The translations under genes and the position numbers were made by a program. A stretch of 56,921 nucleotides of DNA from an uncultured Nitrososphaerota archaeon (GTDB lineage: Archaea > Asgardarchaeota > Njordarchaeia > Njordarchaeales > Panguiarchaeaceae): the NCBI GenBank assembly GCA_964636085.1, contig CAZWPQ010000013.1, positions 1 through 56,921 of the forward strand, given 5' to 3'. The notes below the pieces were generated by a model. It worked only from the letters and a program-made list of their open reading frames with translations, searched no databases and was not told the origin of the DNA. Below, piece after piece: positions 10,145 to 18,401 of the stretch. Position 1 is the stretch's first letter, and each line of letters begins with the position of its first letter.

Positions 10145-11020
10145 TCATGTTTGTAATAGTTTAAGGATTTGATTAATTATTCTCCTTTTTTCATTTGGGT
10201 CTTCTGACTCTAGTTTTAAAGGATAACACATAAACTTTAGCTCATGCATTTTCTCGAGAATCTCTGTTTTGTCCTCCGAAAAAACTATGGTATCGACAGA
10301 GTCATTCAGCATGCCGATAAGGCCGAGAAGACTGGGGTCTGAGTCCAGAAAACGCAAGATGCTGTGATCAATAGAGGATAACTTGTTGGGTAACACGTAT
10401 ATAATCTGGCCCTTAAATTTTTTGAATATATCCCCTAATTTTCCCATTCTTTTTATATATAGAAAGCTTAGGGGGGATATGCATACGAGTACAAGCTTAT
10501 CACTCGTATCTATTATTTCCCGAGCTATACCACACATTTCTACATCTTTAGGGATAAATTCTATTTCCTTTATTTCGGTTTCTATGTCATGCATATTCAT
10601 TGGTTTAACAGCCTCTTTATCGCATTTAACAATTGTTGTTGTTAAGGGCTCAACGAGGGGTATTATACAATGCTTCGAACCTAATCTCTTCGATATTATG
10701 TCGAATATATCAACGACTGACTTACCCCTAGCCATCCATAGTGTTATTAGTAAGTCAATAACAATGTCAAAATCCCTCATGTCCTCAGTTATCATACCTA
10801 GTCTGCTTAGCATCCTAAGAACAACTCGTGAAGGCCTAAATTTCTTCCGAGCCAACTCATTGACGAGAGAAACAAACCCAGGGGAAAAATGAATCCCCAA
10901 TTCATTCTGGTAATCAAATGTTGGTATGTATATGACCCCTACGTCTTTTGGATCCATTTTCCTTAGTATACGGTTGAAGAACCATGGTACATTGATACCA
11001 TCGCACAAGAATGAAATCAT
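10145..11020 (-). CDS. Divergent CofD/UPF0052-like protein (2-phospho-L-lactate transferase fold)
   Basis: The order of elements resembles CofD (N-terminal strand, DVGVI..TFD....GIHFSP, EPLTTTI..MNMHD, SDKLVLV.ISPLS), but the canonical glycine-rich motif is missing. RBS GAGGTG. Confidence 0.45.
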   Translation of the reverse strand: MISFLCDGINVPWFFNRILRKMDPKDVGVIYIPTFDYQNELGIHFSPGFVSLVNELARKKFRPSRVVLRMLSRLGMITEDMRDFDIVIDLLITLWMARGKSVVDIFDIISKRLGSKHCIIPLVEPLTTTIVKCDKEAVKPMNMHDIETEIKEIEFIPKDVEMCGIAREIIDTSDKLVLVCISPLSFLYIKRMGKLGDIFKKFKGQIIYVLPNKLSSIDHSILRFLDSDPSLLGLIGMLNDSVDTIVFSEDKTEILEKMHELKFMCYPLKLESEDPNEKRRIINQILKLLQT

Positions 11021-11158
11021 CAATAGCACCTCGTCTTGGAGGACTAGGCGAGTCCTACCACCGCAATAATCACCAAAATTCCAAATATAAAAATGACACC
11101 TCAACACTTCCTTTATATTTTTTCATGTTTTATAATGAGTATATATATGGAGATACTG

Positions 11159-12559
11159 ATGGAACCTGTGGAAATAGTCAGGTACTATTCCAGCCCGTTG
11201 GTTAGAAAGGAAATAGCCGATTATTCTAAAAATAGATGGATAGCAATACTCACTTCCTCGAAAGGCGCGACATACTTTATCCGCTATTGGAGTAGGTCTG
11301 GCCCACCATTAAAAATCGATAAGGAGGAGGACATTGGAACAATAATAAGTAGATTTAAGGCTCTAGTACCTAGAACATTCTATGCCTCTGTTAATGTATA
11401 TAGCGACATCTCTAAGAGAGAATCCGTAGAAGATCCGAATAATATTCGTTATTGTACGCCAATATGGGACATTGATGGGTCACTTGAGTATTGGAGAGAC
11501 ATGATAGACGTCGCCAGAATTATAGTAGACGAATTAGAAAAACATGGTGTAGTTGAGTCCATTTATCTCAAGTGGTCTGGCAGGGGAATCCACATACATA
11601 TTCACGAAAAGGCATTCTCGTCTTCTATATTAGAGAAGTATAATCCTCTGGACATTGCTTATTCAGTGGTAGATTACATAATTGGTAGGTGCAAGGATAG
11701 AATTCTAGATATAATGAAGAGTGCTAGTAAGGGGGAGAGACCACTAAGAATAGAAAACGAGATTGACCTAAAACGCGTCTTTACTGTCCCCCTCTCGCTA
11801 CATAAGCATATCGATTTATGCACAATATGTTTTAAGCCTAACCAGCTTGACGATTTTACCCCTGAATGGGCTAAGCCAGAAATAATGAAACACAATAAAG
11901 ACTGGAGAAAATACATCGAGGGAGAAGCCGACGATCTAGCCATAAAGGCAATGCATGAAGTAGGAGGATACTTTGGAAAAGTTGGTGAAATAAGAAAAGT
12001 AGTCCAGGCTGAGCCCATAACACGCAAGGTTAGGGCTAGGGGCAAAAAACCGGTTAAGATTGGAAGATTCCAAGTCATGGCGCTGCTCCAAGCAGCAAGA
12101 TATTATGTCCTAACAGGCGATATCAATAAAGCAAAGTCATTCGGCCTTAACAGAGCTATTTTCTATGCCTAGGCAAAGAAACATGCAAAAACTAGAATAT
12201 TCCGTAGAAAGATAACCGATAAAACAAAGGATATCGAAGTAACCACAAAGGATGGTAAGAAAATGGTCTATGTTGGAGATGAAGGAGCATTTCTATCAGA
12301 TAGGGGATGGTTTATAATAGGCGATAAAGAACAGTTGCCCAGCGATTACGACAAAGAAATTACCGACAAAATATCGTCGATCATACCCTATGAACAAGCA
12401 TGGTGCGCAGCAATAGAATATCTAAGACAATTCCCTAAAAAAGTCTTATTAAGCCAAGCAAGGTTCTATAGCGAGGTATATAAGACCGTTAGGGACAACT
12501 TCTTTGAATTAGTGGTAAAGAAAAAGAAACCAAAGACCCTCCTAGATTTTGGGATATAG
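11159..12559 (+). pseudogene. Archaeo-eukaryotic primase (AEP)-like domain fused to a conserved archaeal helical domain, interrupted by one in-frame TAG at 12170-12172
   Basis: AEP motifs WDID, KWSGRGIHIH and IDLKRVFTVPLSLH, then RFQVMALLQAAR..GLNRAIFYA*AKK. The frame stays open after the TAG and joins ORF 12263-12559 in frame. Confidence 0.75.
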
Positions 12560-12878
12560 TATCCTGTCTCTAACTATAACTCGACTATTGCTGTCTTTCA
12601 TAGACATTCATAGACAATTAGTAGCAAAGCTAAACTGGGGGTTTCCTATAATACAAAAACTCGCTGATTTTCGTTCATATGCATGCTTCCTCATTCATAT
12701 GTGAAATGAATATTTTTTACACCATTGCATTCTTACCACCCAAAAACCTTAGCCTATCGTCTAAGACTATATTCATCCCTCCAGATGCAATCTAGGGGCT
12801 TTCAGCGGTATTTTGTAGTAGAAAAATATGAAGGAAAAAGTAAAATTATATCTAGAAAACCTCACAGGGCAAAAATTC

Positions 12879-13550
12879 CTAAGAATCATGACTACTCGAT
12901 AAAATTACATAACCTTCTTCTGTTAGCTCGAGGTTGTAGTCCTTTTTTGCTATTGATAATATGATTTCCCACCGATTCTTTAGATATGGATATTTTTCGA
13001 GGACTTTGTTTAACACATTGACATTGATTCTTATCTTTAGGATATTGTATAATCTGAGCATCTCTACTAGATGATATTTATCCTTCTCTCTGAACCCAAC
13101 TAGTTTGAGGGCGATCCAGTATTCCCTCGTTGGGATATTTATCTGTATGCATCTCCAATGAGCAGTGGTTCTATTATTGAAAGCATCTCTAAACACCTCA
13201 TAATCCTTATGAACTGGAGTTATGGGGATTATGTCTATGTGAAAATTTATTGGTCCAGTAGGCTCTATAACAAGTATTTCTCCCCTTCTTATACGCTCCA
13301 TAAACTGACTCCATGGTGAGATATCTCTAGGGTCTATTCTAAGAACCCTAACTAGGCTTCTTAAAAAGGCTTCTAACCTCTCTTCCTCTGGATCTAGGAA
13401 CAGGCATAGGTCTATATCATATGTTTTAGCCGACACTTGATAAAATTCTTCACCAACGAACATTCCAATAATCAACCACTTTACTATTCTGGACCTCTCA
13501 ATAACCCTAAATAGCCTCCTTATTAGCTTGATTCTCCTCTCATAGGACAA
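12879..13550 (-). CDS. Nucleotidyltransferase-fold protein (DUF6036/AbiEii-like, possible toxin)
   Basis: IIG......TYDIDL and PTREYWIALKL..FREKD motifs. Confidence 0.65.
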   Translation of the reverse strand: MSYERRIKLIRRLFRVIERSRIVKWLIIGMFVGEEFYQVSAKTYDIDLCLFLDPEEERLEAFLRSLVRVLRIDPRDISPWSQFMERIRRGEILVIEPTGPINFHIDIIPITPVHKDYEVFRDAFNNRTTAHWRCIQINIPTREYWIALKLVGFREKDKYHLVEMLRLYNILKIRINVNVLNKVLEKYPYLKNRWEIILSIAKKDYNLELTEEGYVILSSSHDS

Positions 13551-13733
13551 CTATGACACACATTTAACCCATATAATCTTATCTTTCTCATGCTCAAGGA
13601 GAATATAGGCCCTCCTAAGGATCTTGGCGGCCTCCTCTATGCTTATTTTCTTTTCCTTAGCAAGATTTATAATTCTCTGGTCGATAGGGCTTTTTGATGA
13701 TGTCCTTAATGGTTTTTTCCCAGTTTTCTTCAA
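13551..13733 (-). CDS. Small basic protein, possible partner or antitoxin of the nucleotidyltransferase
   Basis: 60 aa, purine-rich RBS upstream, and its stop codon directly abuts the next start. Confidence 0.55.
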   Translation of the reverse strand: MKKTGKKPLRTSSKSPIDQRIINLAKEKKISIEEAAKILRRAYILLEHEKDKIIWVKCVS

Positions 13734-13813
13734 TTCATCCCCCTATGAGAAACTAATAATTAATAGTCCTTAACAAAATAATCTTATAAAGATTTTATTT
13801 AGGTTATGCAAAA

Positions 13814-14083
13814 ATGTTAAGGATCATACTATATGGCGATCTTAAGAGGAGGGCGGGCGTCCGAGATATCGTTGTGGAGTATACTGGACAGAAGCTTTGT
13901 GAACTAATAGAAGATATTTCCGATAAGTACAATCTTAGGGATTTAATTTATCGAAAAAACAAGGTTAGAGGAGAGCTACTCATACTAGTGAATGGTGCCG
14001 ATTGGAATTCCCTCGGCTACCTAGAAAGAAAAATCGAGGACAACTCCACCATTAAGCTCGTACCAGTATGGCATGGTGGATAG
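13814..14083 (+). CDS. Urm1/SAMP1-like ubiquitin-like sulfur carrier (MoaD/ThiS family)
   Basis: Beta-grasp size, LILVNGADW motif and C-terminal HGG. Confidence 0.9.
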   Translation: MLRIILYGDLKRRAGVRDIVVEYTGQKLCELIEDISDKYNLRDLIYRKNKVRGELLILVNGADWNSLGYLERKIEDNSTIKLVPVWHGG

Positions 14084-14085
14084 AC

Positions 14086-14844
14086 ATGGATAAGGATCTC
14101 CTCAACGCTGTTTGCAGAACCATAATAGAATCTGAACACCTAATAGCCCTAACTGGTGCGGGGGTAAGTGCAGAGAGCGGTATCCCCACATTTAGAGGGA
14201 AGAATGGTCTATGGAGAAAATATAGGGCCGAGGAACTAGCAACTTTCAGTGCTTTTATGAACAATCCTAAACTGGTTTGGGAGTGGTATTCATGGAGGAT
14301 ATCAATGATTTTAAGGGCAAAACCAAATCCAGCACATATCTCCCTAGCAAAACTAGAAAAAATCGGAATCCTTAAAGCCCTAATAACACAAAATGTAGAT
14401 AATTTACACGAGCGTGCAGGATCCGAAAAAATCATAAAATTACATGGAGATATCCTAACTGTCAAATGTATCTCTTGTGATTATAAAACCCGTCTCCAAG
14501 CACCTCCGAGCGAAATCCCTCCCTCATGCCCACAGTGCGGAGACCTGCTGAGACCTGGAGTTGTATGGTTTGGTGAGCCCTTACCCAGGGAGGCATTAGA
14601 GGTTGCTATGCTTCATGCTTCAATAGCCGATGCAATAATCGTTATTGGAACATCAGGTGTTGTTTATCCTGCTGGAGCGATTCCATATATCGTTAAGGAG
14701 AGGAATGGGAAGATCATTGAGATTAATATATCGAGATCCACTATATCCCCAATAGCCGATTATTTTATCGAGGGCAAGGCGGGGGAGATACTACCAATTA
14801 TTCTGAGTTCTGTGGAAAAAAAGTGCTCAAGTGGGGGTAAGTGA
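14086..14844 (+). CDS. cobB: NAD-dependent protein deacylase (Sir2/CobB, class III)
   Basis: TGAGVSAESGIPTFRG, TQNVDNLH, LHG, two CxxC, RPGVVWFGE and GTSGVVYPA. Confidence 0.95.
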   Translation: MDKDLLNAVCRTIIESEHLIALTGAGVSAESGIPTFRGKNGLWRKYRAEELATFSAFMNNPKLVWEWYSWRISMILRAKPNPAHISLAKLEKIGILKALITQNVDNLHERAGSEKIIKLHGDILTVKCISCDYKTRLQAPPSEIPPSCPQCGDLLRPGVVWFGEPLPREALEVAMLHASIADAIIVIGTSGVVYPAGAIPYIVKERNGKIIEINISRSTISPIADYFIEGKAGEILPIILSSVEKKCSSGGK

Positions 14845-14845
14845 T

Positions 14846-15994
14846 TTGAACTCACCAATAATAATAGGGGCAGATCTCGGATTAGTTGGAGACGAACTTC
14901 GTCTAGAGAGGAAAGTATATCTTAAGATTTTGGATGGTGTCATAGCAAGGGTCTACACGGACCGCGTAATGAATGCTGATAAGTACTATGAGGAATGTAT
15001 AATCGTCCCAGGATTTATAAACATGCATACCCATGTTGCAGACGCAATCGCAAAAGAAAGGGCATATGGACTCGAACTTAAAGAGGTTGTTGCTCCCCCA
15101 GATGGACTAAAACACAAGATTCTATCGTCAACTCCAGAAAATGTCCTTAGGACGGGCATTATTACAACTCTTAAGGAGATGATTTCTAGAGGAATAGCCA
15201 CTTTTGTGGATTTTAGGGAGGGAGGAGTTGAGGGGGCCAAATTGCTTAGGGACGTATCGAGACAATTTGGTATTAATGCAATAATCATGGGTAGACCAGA
15301 TGGGTCTCCTGTGGATAGACTTCTTAGCGTTGCTGATGGGTTAGGCCTAAGCTCATTGAACAGATTTAGTGACGAAGAACTCATTACATTACGTGAGTTT
15401 GCTAGGAAACATAAAAAATTAATAGCATACCACGCATCCGAAACACCAAAACAGCGAGAAAAAAGCGTCAGAAAATATGGCATAAACGATGTGATAAGAG
15501 GCATAAAACTATTACAGCCCGACTTTATAGTCCATCTAACCTACATCGATGAACATGATGCTCAGATTATAAGAGATAGTGGAACACTAATCGTTCTTTG
15601 TCCCCGTGCAAATGGATATTTCGGTTTAGGCCCTCCACCCATAGAGCTATTCTACAAGATAGGGATTAACTTCTGTATCGGCACCGATAATGTTATGGTG
15701 AATTCCCCCGATATATTCCGCGAGTTTGACTACATTATTAGAATTGGAAGAATTCAGGGTGTAGTTATACCCCCACAGAAACTGCTGGAAAGCGTAACCG
15801 TTCTGCCTGCAAGGCACTTAGGACTGAAAACAGGGATTATACACAAAGGATACTCCGCAGACTTCTTTATATTTGACCTGACAAGACCCAATGTCTCCTT
15901 CGTGGAGGACCCTATAAAAGCTATAGTTATGAGGGGCACAGAAGCAAATATCGTCGCAACGTACATACATGGCAGAATGCTATATGGGATGTGA
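14846..15994 (+). CDS. Metal-dependent amidohydrolase (MTA/SAH deaminase-like superfamily)
   Basis: PGFINMHTH, HASE, VH, CPRAN and IGTDN motifs. Start is GTG 14831 or TTG 14846. Confidence 0.85.
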   Translation: MNSPIIIGADLGLVGDELRLERKVYLKILDGVIARVYTDRVMNADKYYEECIIVPGFINMHTHVADAIAKERAYGLELKEVVAPPDGLKHKILSSTPENVLRTGIITTLKEMISRGIATFVDFREGGVEGAKLLRDVSRQFGINAIIMGRPDGSPVDRLLSVADGLGLSSLNRFSDEELITLREFARKHKKLIAYHASETPKQREKSVRKYGINDVIRGIKLLQPDFIVHLTYIDEHDAQIIRDSGTLIVLCPRANGYFGLGPPPIELFYKIGINFCIGTDNVMVNSPDIFREFDYIIRIGRIQGVVIPPQKLLESVTVLPARHLGLKTGIIHKGYSADFFIFDLTRPNVSFVEDPIKAIVMRGTEANIVATYIHGRMLYGM

Positions 15995-15997
15995 GTA

Positions 15998-17122
15998 CTA
16001 GGCTAGAAACATTGACAATATATCTCTCATCCGGGTTTTCCCTATTTCTTTCAATACTTTCTTCCCCAGTATATTCATTGTTTCCTTAATGAGCATTATC
16101 GTGGTGAAGTTGTCCCTTTCAATATAGTAGTCCAATTTGCCAGATAGATGTATTGTTACTAGGGCCAATATTGGGGCTACTGTTGCTGCCAGTAGAGATA
16201 GGATATGCCAGGTTTTGATCATATCAGTACTCTTCATGGGGGGCGATATAAATAGTTGTATGGCCATTAGCGTAAAGCCTAGTATTAGATAGACAAGGAA
16301 TACGGGTCTCTTATCATTACTTTCCCTTGTTATGGCTTTTCTAGCATGCTTCTGTATAGTGAAAAGCATTGATAATAAACATAGAATTGTCCAGAATATA
16401 TAGCTACTGCTCGCTTTATCTCCTGCCAAAGATACAAATGCTGTGTATGTCGCGACAATAATATAAATGCTTAAAGCCGCTCTAATAATCCTGCCCATGT
16501 TTCTCGTAACCGTATGTATTAATGCTATAGGCACCAATGGGGCCGCAACCCCAATGTAGACATAAATTGAATGCAATCCTAGGTATTTAATTGATACGTA
16601 GATTGCCACGATAACATATATCGCGTGGGGCAACGGGTATAGAAATATCCTGTCTTTATCGCTTCCAAGAAGTAGATATAGGCCCCCTGTAGAGGCGAAA
16701 AAATCCCACATCTGCATGACAAACATAGTAGAATTAAAGACAAACCATAGAAATACTATCATTAATATTACTTTGTCTAAGAAAAAGCTGGATATAACTA
16801 TTTCTGGACAATAATAAGCAATAAGGCACCACGAAAAAAACACATAAGATGAAATTACTGCAGACTCTAGAGCCCCTATTGGCCTATGCGCAAGTATTAT
16901 CCCTATAGCCATAAGGCTTATAGACACGGTTATTGTCGCAGATGGGGTCGGCCCTATGAGGTATTCATATATTGGCACGAATAGTAGGAATAGAGTAACT
17001 GGAATTACTCGCCGGTTGAGGAGAACATTGAATCCTCCAAATACCTGCCTCTTGAAGAACCGCCATATTAACCTCTCTATGTATGAGGCCCTCATGCATA
17101 TCACATATGTACTGATATGCAA
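15998..17122 (-). CDS. Polytopic membrane protein of unknown function
   Basis: About 10 hydrophobic segments. No family recognised. Confidence 0.65.
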   Translation of the reverse strand: MHISTYVICMRASYIERLIWRFFKRQVFGGFNVLLNRRVIPVTLFLLFVPIYEYLIGPTPSATITVSISLMAIGIILAHRPIGALESAVISSYVFFSWCLIAYYCPEIVISSFFLDKVILMIVFLWFVFNSTMFVMQMWDFFASTGGLYLLLGSDKDRIFLYPLPHAIYVIVAIYVSIKYLGLHSIYVYIGVAAPLVPIALIHTVTRNMGRIIRAALSIYIIVATYTAFVSLAGDKASSSYIFWTILCLLSMLFTIQKHARKAITRESNDKRPVFLVYLILGFTLMAIQLFISPPMKSTDMIKTWHILSLLAATVAPILALVTIHLSGKLDYYIERDNFTTIMLIKETMNILGKKVLKEIGKTRMRDILSMFLA

Positions 17123-17168
17123 TAATCACTATATACATTAAATTTTCCCATATTTTATGGTGGATTAA

Positions 17169-18401
17169 ATGTATGCTATTAAGGCAAATGTTTTGTTTGA
17201 TGGATATAGAAAACTTAGGGATGTATATATTGTGATCGAAGATAAACTAATAAAGGACATTACCAATAAAAAGCCCGGCACCGAAGTACTGTTTGAGGGA
17301 GTAGTGACACCAGCATTTATAGATGGGCATAGCCATATAGGCATGGCACGCCATTCGGAACCATCATCTGAGGAGGAAGTTAATGAACAAGCCGACATAT
17401 ACACGCCAGATTTGGATCCCCTTGATAGTGTATATTTTGACGATAAATACTTTGAGGATGCTGTTGAGTTCGGAGTACTCTATTCTTGCATTCATCCTGG
17501 CAGTGGTAACCTTATAGGAGGGAAAGCCGTGGTTATTAGGAACTATGCAAAAAATAGGGAGGAGGCCCCTATAAAATATGTTGGGTACAAAATGGCGCTC
17601 GGATATAATCCTAGGTCCACATATAAGACCTGGAAAGGAAAGAGATTCTACACAAGAATGGGCGTATATGCACTTCTTCACAGAAAGTTTCATGAGGTCA
17701 TCAAAAAGAGGAAGAAAATTTCGTGGAGAATTGAACGCATGAAGAGAAGACTCGGACAGAGATTGGCCACTGGCGAAATAAGCGAAGATGAATACCACAA
17801 AGAACTGGAAGAATATATCGATATGCTGAACATGGAGTTTTCACCGATAGATAGAGCTATACTCGAAATTCTCGACAGAAAAAAGGTTGTGAAGGTACAT
17901 GTCCATAAGGAAGACGACGCAATATTCCTCATAAACATCGCGAAGGAATATAAGATTAGGGCAATTGCTGATCATACATGTGATATTTATAGAAAGGAGG
18001 GCTTTGAAATGCTAAAAAATGCGGGCATACCAATAATTTATGGCCCCATTGACGCTTTGGCATATAAGACAGAGCTCAAACACGACACATATAAGAATGT
18101 AAAGGCACTCATAGAATCCGGGGCCAAATTCGGGTTAATGTCCGATCATCCAGTAATGCTGGCTCGAAACCTGCATTTACAATTAAGGTACTTTCTTATA
18201 TATGGCTATGATGAAGCAAAAACAATATCAATTATCACTAAGGAGAATGCAGAAATCCTTGGATTGGACAAGTTCCTCGGGACGATAGAGAAGGGAAAAT
18301 GGGCTAGCCTATTAGTTTGGAACAATAATCCATTCTATCTTGGTTCACGACCTCAAGTAGTGATGGGGGAGGGAAAAATCTTATTTGAGAAAAAAGACTA
18401 A
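17169..18401 (+). CDS. Amidohydrolase family protein (imidazolonepropionase-related)
   Basis: PAFIDGHSHIG, PGSGNLIGG, KMALGYNP, HVH, SDHP and GTIEKGKWA motifs. Confidence 0.85.
   Translation: MYAIKANVLFDGYRKLRDVYIVIEDKLIKDITNKKPGTEVLFEGVVTPAFIDGHSHIGMARHSEPSSEEEVNEQADIYTPDLDPLDSVYFDDKYFEDAVEFGVLYSCIHPGSGNLIGGKAVVIRNYAKNREEAPIKYVGYKMALGYNPRSTYKTWKGKRFYTRMGVYALLHRKFHEVIKKRKKISWRIERMKRRLGQRLATGEISEDEYHKELEEYIDMLNMEFSPIDRAILEILDRKKVVKVHVHKEDDAIFLINIAKEYKIRAIADHTCDIYRKEGFEMLKNAGIPIIYGPIDALAYKTELKHDTYKNVKALIESGAKFGLMSDHPVMLARNLHLQLRYFLIYGYDEAKTISIITKENAEILGLDKFLGTIEKGKWASLLVWNNNPFYLGSRPQVVMGEGKILFEKKD

Noticed and set aside
12170-12172. Genome-wide reassignment of TAG (alternative code or pyrrolysine)
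   Set aside because: TAG ends many clear genes here, for example the RAM protein, the Ubl right after GG, hutU and pncB. No pyl genes are in the window.
12560-12878. Long intergenic region with a short TCATAGACA tandem repeat
   Set aside because: No convincing ORF, RNA motif or terminal inverted repeats.
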